Positions 55,734-64,000 of a stretch of 64,000 nt of DNA are shown here, piece by piece. The translations under genes were made by a program, and so were the position numbers. The DNA comes from Chitinophagales bacterium (GTDB lineage: Bacteria > Bacteroidota > Bacteroidia > Chitinophagales > LD1): NCBI GenBank assembly GCA_044226285.1, contig JBGAHI010000006.1, forward strand, positions 259,547 through 323,546. The letters run 5' to 3'. The first letter of the stretch is position 1. Every line of letters begins with the position of its first letter. The notes below the pieces were generated by a model that saw only the letters and a list, made by a program, of their open reading frames with translations, did no database searches and was not told the origin of the DNA.

Positions 55734-57155
55734 CTAACATTCTGGTAATGAAATAGGGATATTCACCGCCAATCCCCCATCGGCTGTTTCTTTGTATTTG
55801 CTGTTCATATCTAATGCGGTATCCCACATGGTTTTAATCACGGTATCTAAACTTACCTTTGCAAAATCGGGATCGCCCTGCATAGCTAAGTGCGCAGCAG
55901 TTATGGCTTTCACAGCTCCCATCGTATTGCGCTCAATGCATGGAATTTGCACCAAACCGCCAATAGGATCACAGGTTAAGCCTAAGTGATGCTCCATCGC
56001 AATTTCAGCGGCCTGTAAAACTTGCTGAGGCGAACCACCAATACATTCAGTCAACGCACCTGCAGCCATGGCCGAAGAAACGCCTATTTCCGCCTGACAA
56101 CCGCCCATCGCAGCCGAAATTGTTGCTCCCTTTTTAAACAACATACCAATCTCTGCTGCTGTTGCCAAGAAGGTTACAATATCACCTTCTTTACTATCTG
56201 TAAATAATTGCTGGTACATCAACACAGCTGGAATTACGCCTGCTGCACCATTGGTAGGCGCTGTAACTACACGCCCGAATGCTGCATTCTCTTCATTCAC
56301 CGCCAATGCAAAACAACTCACCCAATTTAAAATTTGCGGGAAACTGGCCGGTAATGTTTTGATATATGCTTTCCATTCAGGAATAGAAGCAAAGGTTTTA
56401 CCATTCACCATTTTGCGATGAATATCAAAGGCTCTGCGCTTCACAAACAATCCACCCGGCAAAATACCTGATGTGTTGCATCCTCTGTAAATACAGTCTT
56501 CCATCACCTCCCAAATGCGCTGAATGCCGGCTAATGTTTCTGTATCGCTACGCCATTCGCGTTCGTTTTCTAATACAATACTGGAAATATTTTTCCCGGC
56601 TAACATGCAATTCTGCAACAAATCATCCGAGTCGTGATTACCGTAATTCAATATTTTCAGCGGAACCGAGGTCTCAGCATTTTCGGCCTCTCGTACCACA
56701 AAACCACCGCCAATACTATAATGCACATCAGTGGCAACAGTTACTGAACCATTATAAGCCGTGAAACGCAATGCATTCGGATGAAATGGCAAAGACTCTT
56801 TCATATGAAAGATAATATCCGTTTCCGGTTGAAAGGAAACAGTATGTGATGTATTCAACACTAACTTTTCATTGGTCTTTATACCTTCAATTAATCTTGA
56901 AAGCGAAGACGTATCAAAGGTCTCAGGTAGTTCACCCATCAAACCCATTTGTACCGCAATATCTGTTCCGTGTCCTTTGCCTGTTTTGGCCAATGAACCA
57001 TACAAATCAATAACCACTTTAGTTACGGTATTCAATTCGTTTATACTTTGCACAAATTGCAAAGCAGCTTTCCAAGGTCCAAGGGTGTGTGAACTCGATG
57101 GTCCAACCCCTATCTTAAACATATCGAAAATACTTAAAGCCTCTTTCTTGCTCAT
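55734..57155 (-). CDS. sdaA: L-serine ammonia-lyase, iron-sulfur dependent
   Basis: [21 protein letters not shown]-terminus and a C-terminal alpha-domain with [16 protein letters not shown]. Confidence 0.93.
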   Translation of the reverse strand: MSKKEALSIFDMFKIGVGPSSSHTLGPWKAALQFVQSINELNTVTKVVIDLYGSLAKTGKGHGTDIAVQMGLMGELPETFDTSSLSRLIEGIKTNEKLVLNTSHTVSFQPETDIIFHMKESLPFHPNALRFTAYNGSVTVATDVHYSIGGGFVVREAENAETSVPLKILNYGNHDSDDLLQNCMLAGKNISSIVLENEREWRSDTETLAGIQRIWEVMEDCIYRGCNTSGILPGGLFVKRRAFDIHRKMVNGKTFASIPEWKAYIKTLPASFPQILNWVSCFALAVNEENAAFGRVVTAPTNGAAGVIPAVLMYQQLFTDSKEGDIVTFLATAAEIGMLFKKGATISAAMGGCQAEIGVSSAMAAGALTECIGGSPQQVLQAAEIAMEHHLGLTCDPIGGLVQIPCIERNTMGAVKAITAAHLAMQGDPDFAKVSLDTVIKTMWDTALDMNSKYKETADGGLAVNIPISLPEC

Positions 57156-57156
57156 A

Positions 57157-57642
57157 TTAACCCTTTGAAGGTAAACGGAATCCTACTTTCGGAAATTTCG
57201 TTGACAAAATATCGGCTACCACTTTATCTACCGGCAACACAATATCTGCTTCTTTATCAATTTGCGATAAATCTACCCAACGCTTCGATTCCGCATCCAT
57301 GCCGCGCACCACAGGAAAATCAAACTTCTTGCCCGATGTCTCAATCATTCGCCAATCTTGGCAGGCTACAATATAATACATCGATAACACCTGACTTTCC
57401 GGATCAAACTGCGAAGGCACAAAAAAATCGGTAGTATAGAAATGCTCCAATACTTGAATATCAATACCACACTCCTCTTTAAACTCACGTATCAAGGCAT
57501 CGCGCAAACCTTCCCCTAACTCCACTCCTCCTCCCGGAAACTTAGTTACATAGCGTTCTTTAATCAACTCATCCGACAATAAAATCTGATCGTTTTCATT
57601 CATCAGAATTCCATAAACGCGAACATTGAATCGTCTTAGCAT
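57157..57642 (-). CDS. NUDIX hydrolase
   Basis: Nudix box [24 protein letters not shown]. Confidence 0.8.
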   Translation of the reverse strand: MLRRFNVRVYGILMNENDQILLSDELIKERYVTKFPGGGVELGEGLRDALIREFKEECGIDIQVLEHFYTTDFFVPSQFDPESQVLSMYYIVACQDWRMIETSGKKFDFPVVRGMDAESKRWVDLSQIDKEADIVLPVDKVVADILSTKFPKVGFRLPSKG

Positions 57643-57656
57643 AGTTAAACTTAATC

Positions 57657-60236
57657 TTAATATTTGAAACCTAAACCTTTGCGTTTCGTTTCGTCTTCTT
57701 TGTTCAAATGTTGTAAATCATCGAGCGTAATCGTATCCAACATATCTTTTGTACGTTCTTCTTTTGGTAAAGAAGCCAAACGTATGTTTTGATGATGCAC
57801 AATATCTTGTACCAACTTACGAATCACACGAGCATTCCCGAAATTCTTATCGCGCGATTGATACAATTCGGCAACATGTTTTTTCAAGAACGTTTCAGCA
57901 TCAGCATTCAACTTCACTTTCTCATCCGTAACCATAGAAACGGTAATCGTCCACAACTCGGTTTCGTTGTAATCTTCAAAGAAAAACGTTCTATCGAAAC
58001 GCGATTTCAAACCCGGATTCATTTCTAAGAAACGTTTCATAGGTTCAGTATAACCCGCCACAATCACAGCGAATTCACCACGCATGTCTTCCATACGTTT
58101 CAATAAAATCTCCACCGCTTCTTGTCCGTAGGTCCCATCCATCAAGCTATAGGCCTCATCAATAAACAACACACCTCCTTTTGCTTCCTGAATACGTTCA
58201 TCGGTTTTAATAGCTGTTTGTCCCACATAACCCGAAACCAAACCTTGTTTATCTAACTCCACCATGTGGCCACGTTCCAATAAGCCCAATGCTTTGAAGA
58301 GCTTACCAAAAATACGTGCTACCGTTGTTTTACCCGTTCCTGGATTACCTAAAAACACAGTGTGTAACGAAAACTTATTCAACACATCTTTTCCGGTTTC
58401 GTTGTAGAAGCGCACCAATTTCACTAACTCGTTCACTTCGTTTTTAATGTTGTTGACACCGGCCAACTTATCTAAATCGGCCATAGCGCTTTGCAACAAT
58501 TTCTCGTTCACTTGTAAGTGGACTTTCTTCTTGTCTTTCGCTACAAAAATGCGCTCAATATCTTCTTTGTGAACGGTCGATAATTCAGCGGGCGATAAGT
58601 CTTTCAAGTTCTCGCTTTTCATCAACCGCAAGCCCATGTTCATTTTAGCTTCGCTCAACAAACCAATGGCATAACGGGCATTGCCAAACGAACGGTCGCG
58701 CGTTCTAAACCCTTCTGTTAACTGCTCATACAAATAATGTTGTGCATCTTCGGTAAGCGTTACTTGCTTATCACCGGCATTGCGCATCACAATTTCCAAC
58801 AATTCTTCAGGTGTGTAATCTTCAAAAGTGAAGTAATTCGCAAAACGCGATTTCAAACCCGGATTGGATTTCAAAAACACATCCATTTCCTTCGGATAAC
58901 CGGCCACCATCACTGCAATATCGGGGTGACCATCGCTCATTTCTTTAATGATAATTTCAATGGCTTCTTTCCCGAAATCCTTGCTGTCATCGCCTTCTCG
59001 GGCCAAAGCATAGGCTTCATCAATAAACAAAATGCCACCACGTGCTTCTTCAATCGCCTTCTTCACTTTCGGTGCTGTTTGTCCGATGTATTCGCCTATC
59101 AAATGCGAACGATCCACTTCCTTCACATGTCCTTTCGACAACAAGCCCATCGATTTGTATATCTGCCCCAACATCTTCACCACTGTGGTTTTGCCGGTAC
59201 CCGGATTACCGGTGAACACAGCATGTAAGTTGATGCGATCTTCATCCTGCAAGCCTTTCTCTTTGCGCAATTTCAAGAACTGAATATAATCCAAGTGATC
59301 GTGAATTTCTTTGCGTAAATGCTCCATACCCACAAGGGTATCGAACTTCGCGAGCAACTGTTCGATAGTCACCGTTTGTTCTTCCGGCTCCGATTGCGAA
59401 ATAAACGCATGCGGTATTTCCGATGGATCGATATCCCCTTCAATTTCTTCGTCACCCGTAGGCAATTGCAACACCGCAATAACGGTATCCATAAATACTA
59501 CCTCTAAACGGTAGTTCGAATCGCGCCAAGTGCCCGGCATATCGTTGCCCCAGCCTTCGTTGAACACCAAGAAAGGTTCGTTTTCTTTAGAACCAATTTT
59601 ACGGTTACGCTCAATACGTGCTTTCAATAAACCCGAAGCATTGTACCAGTTGAACACAATTTCGCAGTTCCATGGCGTGTCGAGTTTGTTGGTAGCCGTA
59701 AATTCGATGTATAAATATGGCGTATCATCTTTGCTGATTTGTTTGAGATAGACCTTCCCTGCCTCGCTCACCGCATTAAAATCGCCTACATAAAAACGAA
59801 CTTGGTGTATATCGAAAAACGGATTACTGTTTTGCGAAACCGCACCTGCTTTCTCTACAAAGAAACGTTTACTGCCCACCATCTCGTTATCAATCCATGC
59901 TTCCCAACTGTATTCTCCATATTTCCAAAACGAATTAGGCGTAGGTGTTCCCCAACCTTTGTTCACATACACTACGTTTTCGTTGGCGGTAATCGTTCGC
60001 TTTTCTTCTTGAGAGCAGAGTTCACGTTTCACATCATCGGCTTCGTGGGCAAAGGCCTTCATGCAGATGGTAGCTTCCCAATCTTTCTCGTCAAACAGCT
60101 TGTTGTAAAAAGCAAATTCGGCCGAGATATAGGTTAATTCCGATTCATCATATACCGTTCTGTACTCGCGCGTGCGGTTCACTAACCACTCATCGGAGCC
60201 AAACACTTTCAGTGTTTTAAATTTGTAATTCTTCAT
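57657..60236 (-). CDS. Tandem AAA+ ATPase (CbbX/SpoVK-like modules) with a duplicated N-terminal domain of unknown function
   Basis: Two Walker A sites (FTGNPGTGKTTVVKMLG and FLGNPGTGKTTVARIFG), each followed by ILFIDEAY / VLFIDEAY Walker B. About 280 aa of N-terminal non-ATPase region. Confidence 0.85.
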   Translation of the reverse strand: MKNYKFKTLKVFGSDEWLVNRTREYRTVYDESELTYISAEFAFYNKLFDEKDWEATICMKAFAHEADDVKRELCSQEEKRTITANENVVYVNKGWGTPTPNSFWKYGEYSWEAWIDNEMVGSKRFFVEKAGAVSQNSNPFFDIHQVRFYVGDFNAVSEAGKVYLKQISKDDTPYLYIEFTATNKLDTPWNCEIVFNWYNASGLLKARIERNRKIGSKENEPFLVFNEGWGNDMPGTWRDSNYRLEVVFMDTVIAVLQLPTGDEEIEGDIDPSEIPHAFISQSEPEEQTVTIEQLLAKFDTLVGMEHLRKEIHDHLDYIQFLKLRKEKGLQDEDRINLHAVFTGNPGTGKTTVVKMLGQIYKSMGLLSKGHVKEVDRSHLIGEYIGQTAPKVKKAIEEARGGILFIDEAYALAREGDDSKDFGKEAIEIIIKEMSDGHPDIAVMVAGYPKEMDVFLKSNPGLKSRFANYFTFEDYTPEELLEIVMRNAGDKQVTLTEDAQHYLYEQLTEGFRTRDRSFGNARYAIGLLSEAKMNMGLRLMKSENLKDLSPAELSTVHKEDIERIFVAKDKKKVHLQVNEKLLQSAMADLDKLAGVNNIKNEVNELVKLVRFYNETGKDVLNKFSLHTVFLGNPGTGKTTVARIFGKLFKALGLLERGHMVELDKQGLVSGYVGQTAIKTDERIQEAKGGVLFIDEAYSLMDGTYGQEAVEILLKRMEDMRGEFAVIVAGYTEPMKRFLEMNPGLKSRFDRTFFFEDYNETELWTITVSMVTDEKVKLNADAETFLKKHVAELYQSRDKNFGNARVIRKLVQDIVHHQNIRLASLPKEERTKDMLDTITLDDLQHLNKEDETKRKGLGFKY

Positions 60237-60494
60237 AATCGCATTTGTTCAAACATTCACTAATAATACTCGCCCAATATATAGAAAATATTATGCCGCA
60301 AAAGGTTGCGTGTTGTGAATAAGTTGGCAATAGCGTGGATTACTTTAAAAAGTTGACATTTTCATGACAATATGACCATAGAATAGGTTGTTGCGCTTCT
60401 ACATGACCAGCAAAACTATGCAATGCTAATCCTGCTCCAGCTTCTAGTAGCTACAGGCTAGAAGATAAAGCTAGCTTCTAAAATGATCCGGTTA

Positions 60495-61085
60495 TTATTT
60501 TTTTATCGTCACCGTTTGTTCTTGAATCAAATGTTCAAGCGAAATACGTTTTCGTTTTTTGTGCGATTTAAAGAACATGGGCGATAAACCCGTAATCTTT
60601 TTAAACTGATTCGAGAAATGAGGCACACTACTGTAGTGCAACTTAAAACAAATTTCTTTCAAGCTAAGCTCGTTGTAGATGATTAATTCTTTAGCCCGTT
60701 CAATCTTGTTAATGATAATGAATTGCTGCAAGGTAGAACCCGTAACTTCCGAGAATAAATTCGAAAGGTAGTTGTAATCACATTCCAACTTTTTACTCAA
60801 GTACTCCGAATATTTTTCTTCCGGTGGCTCATCGGAATAATGAATCATATCGATAATTGCATTTTTCACTTTTTCGATTTGAATGGATTTTTTATCCTCC
60901 ATCAATTCATGTCCGTTCTTTAACAACGCAGCCTTAATTTTATCGAACTGACGAATCGTAATTTTCTGTTGCACCTCCAATTCGCCCAGCTCAATACTCG
61001 AAATTTTGATGCCAAGTTTTTCAAACTCTTGCTTCACCATTAACTTGCAACAGTGGCTAACCATGTACTTGATATATAACTTCAT
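60495..61085 (-). CDS. AraC-family transcriptional regulator
   Basis: C-terminal AraC HTH (LSNLFSEVTGSTLQQFII...YSSVPHFSNQFKKITGLSP). The small N-terminal domain contains CC. Confidence 0.8.
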   Translation of the reverse strand: MKLYIKYMVSHCCKLMVKQEFEKLGIKISSIELGELEVQQKITIRQFDKIKAALLKNGHELMEDKKSIQIEKVKNAIIDMIHYSDEPPEEKYSEYLSKKLECDYNYLSNLFSEVTGSTLQQFIIINKIERAKELIIYNELSLKEICFKLHYSSVPHFSNQFKKITGLSPMFFKSHKKRKRISLEHLIQEQTVTIKK

Positions 61086-61336
61086 GTTCGCTAATAATTT
61101 TGGGCGGCAAATATCACCCGATGGAACGAAGAAGTGTTACACAATTCAGGCGAATGGTTACATCATTTCATGATTTGACTTCTTTTCCTCGGTTCGTGTC
61201 TCACAAAACGAAATACGAATTTAATTTTGGATGGTCCGTGATAATACGAACCATGGGAATGGAGTATTAACACATAAATATCTCTCGAGCGCAAGTCGCT
61301 AACAGCTAATGGCTAGAAGCTAGCAGCTCACCATCT

Positions 61337-61442
61337 GGGCGTGTCCTCCGTTGCACTCCGGTCAGGCTGCTACAGGGTGCGCTGCGCTCCCGTGCTCCAC
61401 TGCGTTACGCACCAAGCCTTCCGCATCCTTCACGCGGGCATT
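61337..61442 (+). repeat. GC-rich 106-nt structured element, copy B
   Basis: 98 of 106 positions identical to 20104-20209, in the same orientation. Confidence 0.85.
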
Positions 61443-61503
61443 GTGGTGTATATGAAAAGTAGAGAAAATTTGATAAATGGCCGAAAACTAAAGAAGGGTG
61501 ATA

Positions 61504-61557
61504 AGCCTGTTTAGAGTGGTGCGGTGATAACACCGACCACAGGATTTAGCCTGTTTA
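61504..61557. repeat. 34-bp hairpin insert flanked by perfect 10-bp direct repeats
   Basis: agcctgttta at 61504-61513 and 61548-61557. Between them lies gtggtgcggtg-ataa-caccgaccac (10 bp with 1 bulge). Confidence 0.6.
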
Positions 61558-61586
61558 ACTTACCTATTATTAATTTCTTGTAAGTA

Positions 61587-62297
61587 CTATTTATCAGGTG
61601 ACTCCGATTTCTTTAACATCTTGCTTAATTGCTGAAAAGGCATCTGAACGTTGAAATAGAGTTCCTTTACTTTTTTCTTTCCTTTTACCTTTTTTTGCTG
61701 CTTTAGATTAATAGTGAGAACATCCGTATAGCCAACAAGGGCTTGTGTAGTATTGTTTAAGTGAAGATGTTTTAAAATAGAATATTCATCTGCAACCCGA
61801 GTCACAACATATGCAGTTTCAATACTATTACCGTTCCCACTGGCTAAAATGGAATAAATGAAGCCAAAATAGCAATTCGCAAATTTTTGTCCTAACTCCA
61901 TTTGTTTTAACTCTTCACAACAATACATCATTCTGTAAAGTAAGCGGATATTAACCGGGTTCTCTTCAAACAATTGTTTGCCTTCGGCCAATGCTTCTTT
62001 TAAATTGCCTGCTTTATAAAGTTCATTAAATCGATCTTCCTTTTTTGAGCCGAAATCGTAAGGATTATAATTATCGGTAAACACATTACCGTAATACAGC
62101 AGCTTGAAATCACTAAGCGTAAGTGTGGTATCAAATTGACGAAGTCGGTTAAGTAAAGTTGGGTAGTATGCAGATGTTGAACTGTCTTTCGTTACTCGTT
62201 TTACTTCATCGAAATTAATATTTACAATAGTTTGAGCATAGAAATAAGGCGCGTAAAGAAAAAGAATGGTTATTAAAACAAACTTCTGGCGTAACAT
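61587..62297 (-). CDS. DUF4919-like secreted protein
   Basis: Signal peptide ending YAQ. Helical-repeat-like sequence. Family assignment is from memory of similar Bacteroidota proteins. Confidence 0.5.
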   Translation of the reverse strand: MLRQKFVLITILFLYAPYFYAQTIVNINFDEVKRVTKDSSTSAYYPTLLNRLRQFDTTLTLSDFKLLYYGNVFTDNYNPYDFGSKKEDRFNELYKAGNLKEALAEGKQLFEENPVNIRLLYRMMYCCEELKQMELGQKFANCYFGFIYSILASGNGNSIETAYVVTRVADEYSILKHLHLNNTTQALVGYTDVLTINLKQQKKVKGKKKVKELYFNVQMPFQQLSKMLKKSESPDK

Positions 62298-62482
62298 AAA
62301 ATGTTTTTGAATGTGATGAAGGGTTTACTCTCCATAAATATAAATTAAATTTTTACTTCAAACTAGTCGCAAGTCTCCTTGTTCCAACTCGATATTCCTG
62401 AATTTAATTGTCAAATAGTTTAATTTCGTCCGTTTTGCTATGTAATTATTAGCGCTAACAAATCAAAAACTACAACAAGAAG

Positions 62483-63121
62483 ATGCAAAAAACGCTGCTA
62501 ACTGCTATTGTTTTTCTGATACATTCAACTTATGTTTTCACACAAAAAAGTGAAGAAAAAACAATACGTAAAGTATTTGAAACTTACCGAACGGCTATCT
62601 TAACAGATAATGCTGATGTGGCATTGCAATGCGTTGATAGTAGAACAATCAATTATTACGGTCATATACTCGAGAGCGTCAAACATGCTGATTCAGCGCA
62701 AGTATCAGCGCTTAATGTTTTTGACAGATTTATGGTGTTTACTATTCGCCATCGAGCACCAAAAGAAGAAATACTTAGTTTTGATGGAAAAGGGCTTCTT
62801 GCCTATGCTATAAAAAGCGGTATGGTAGGGAAGAACAGTGTTTCAGAAAAAAATAAGATTGGCGATGTAACCATCGAATCGGAATTTGCAAAAGGACAAT
62901 TCATATTTGAAGGAGAAAAAGTGCCCATATTTTTCCATTTCTACAAAGAAGCAGGAACTTGGAAATTCGATTTAACTTCCATTTTTAGTTTATCCAATTT
63001 TGCTATTGAAGATATGATAAAGTCAAGTGGAATGAGTGAAAACGAATATTTGTTTTATCTACTGAAACTCGTTACAGGGCGAGCACCTAACAGCGAAATT
63101 TGGCAACCAGTGCAACGATAA
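62483..63121 (+). CDS. Secreted hypothetical protein
   Basis: Signal peptide ending FTQ. 212 aa with no recognised motif. Confidence 0.45.
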   Translation: MQKTLLTAIVFLIHSTYVFTQKSEEKTIRKVFETYRTAILTDNADVALQCVDSRTINYYGHILESVKHADSAQVSALNVFDRFMVFTIRHRAPKEEILSFDGKGLLAYAIKSGMVGKNSVSEKNKIGDVTIESEFAKGQFIFEGEKVPIFFHFYKEAGTWKFDLTSIFSLSNFAIEDMIKSSGMSENEYLFYLLKLVTGRAPNSEIWQPVQR

Positions 63122-63172
63122 TAGCTTACCCGCTCTATCTTTATCGAAATAAATCTGAATCATTGACATCTA

Positions 63173-63367
63173 TCATTTATTTTTAAACAGATTACAAAGA
63201 TCTTCAACGATTAATCTGCTTACATCAAATACTTTTACCCCACCATACTTCAAATCTGATTTCAGTCTTCCACTATTTCTATAAAACATGTAAGCCAATA
63301 GATACAGCACAACAAATACAACCAATCCATACGACAACAAAAAGTCTATTACAGCATTACTATCCAT
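63173..63367 (-). CDS. Small membrane protein (one TM helix)
   Basis: 64-aa ORF with the hydrophobic segment LLSYGLVVFVVLYLLAYMF. Weak call. Confidence 0.3.
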   Translation of the reverse strand: MDSNAVIDFLLSYGLVVFVVLYLLAYMFYRNSGRLKSDLKYGGVKVFDVSRLIVEDLCNLFKNK

Positions 63368-63430
63368 TATATAGCATTGTAATTAGTTCTAAAATACTTA
63401 ATCCAAACATTAGTATTTATTAATACTGGA

Positions 63431-63778
63431 TCAATAACTCACCCAAGTACCATTCTTATCATAAAAGAAGATAACGTTTCCTATCAAATCGGTTATTGTA
63501 ACTGAGTCGCCAAAAGGATATTGTTGTATTGAAAATTCAGGTTCTATTTGTAATGCTGAAAAATGTTGCTGCACATCCGGCATTTGTATTTGACATTTAA
63601 ATGTATCCGACAAAACATCTGATTTACTTATATGCAGCATAATTTCATTGTCGTATTTATAAACAAGATTTGTACTTTCTTGTTGATCATTAACTATATT
63701 AAAGAGCTTTAACTTTTCGAAATAAAAGTCAACTAAATCGTAATGATTAGGACATTTTATGCTAAGAATTATCTCCAT
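63431..63778 (-). CDS. Hypothetical protein, possibly VOC/glyoxalase-like fold
   Basis: 115 aa. The C-terminal ITDLIGNVIFFYDKNG resembles the F.DPDGN.I.. end of VOC proteins. Weak call. Confidence 0.35.
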   Translation of the reverse strand: MEIILSIKCPNHYDLVDFYFEKLKLFNIVNDQQESTNLVYKYDNEIMLHISKSDVLSDTFKCQIQMPDVQQHFSALQIEPEFSIQQYPFGDSVTITDLIGNVIFFYDKNGTWVSY

Positions 63779-63831
63779 TTCAGCAAAATTATTACTTGTT
63801 TAACTTCTCTTTTGTTACCCTATAGTTGAAG

Positions 63832-63987
63832 TTCGGGCACCAACAAAACCTAATGTAACAATAATTTACACTTTTTCCCCTTTGGTTGGTGTTCCAACCC
63901 AAACCTCAACTCTCCCACCCTAAACCCAAGCCGAGTAACCAAAAACATAAACTTTTCCCTTTGGTTGGTGTTCCGCCACCAACCAAA
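63832..63987 (+). repeat. Cluster of three REP-like hairpin units (one intact, two decayed), possibly continuing past the window edge
   Basis: Right half-unit at 63832-63854, internally deleted unit at 63881-63905, and an intact tttggttggtg-ttccgc-caccaaccaaa at 63960-63987. All are in the same orientation. Confidence 0.75.
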
Positions 63988-64000
63988 ACGTATAGTTTGA

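Noticed and set aside
20104-61442. The two same-orientation copies of the 106-nt element as direct repeats bounding a 41-kb genomic island
   Set aside because: The interval is dominated by core genes (ftcD, hppD, sdaA, gmhA/B, oxidoreductases, TonB receptor) with no mobility genes. The copies are better seen as dispersed members of a repeat family.

Overview
AT-rich chromosomal window from a Bacteroidota bacterium. Three secreted proteins end in T9SS Por-type C-terminal sorting domains, TAnnTTTG-like -7 boxes sit just upstream of several genes, and WG-repeat and DUF4919/DUF4920-type families are present. There are about 60 protein genes at high coding density, mostly core functions (ffh, rpsP-rimM, valS, ung, ftcD, hppD, sdaA, gmhA/gmhB), plus tRNA-Lys(TTT) and tRNA-Arg(TCT). 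I see no rRNA, no CRISPR array, no intact transposase or integrase, no prophage and no defence system I can name. The non-core signal is concentrated in six places. (1) A 2.6-kb eroded islet lies right after tRNA-Arg, with an orphan ORF, a RayT-type transposase stump and a RelE-like TA pair. It is bracketed by inverted members of a ~105-nt GC-rich element family whose terminal helix covaries. It also carries a perfect-stem REP-like hairpin that reappears as a cluster at the right window edge. (2) A translationally coupled pair: an unrecognised 471-aa cytoplasmic protein plus a membrane-anchored Hanks-type pseudokinase. (3) A ~190-nt intergenic element closed by a 12-bp long-range helix (candidate ncRNA or MITE). 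(4) A TspO-TIGR03643-DUF2256-SDR operon of photolyase-associated genes with no photolyase. (5) An uncharacterised outer-membrane lipoprotein/beta-barrel operon. (6) A tandem CbbX/SpoVK-type AAA+ ATPase with an internally duplicated N-terminal module. None of these is shown to be a new system. All functional calls rest on motif recognition by eye, without database searches.
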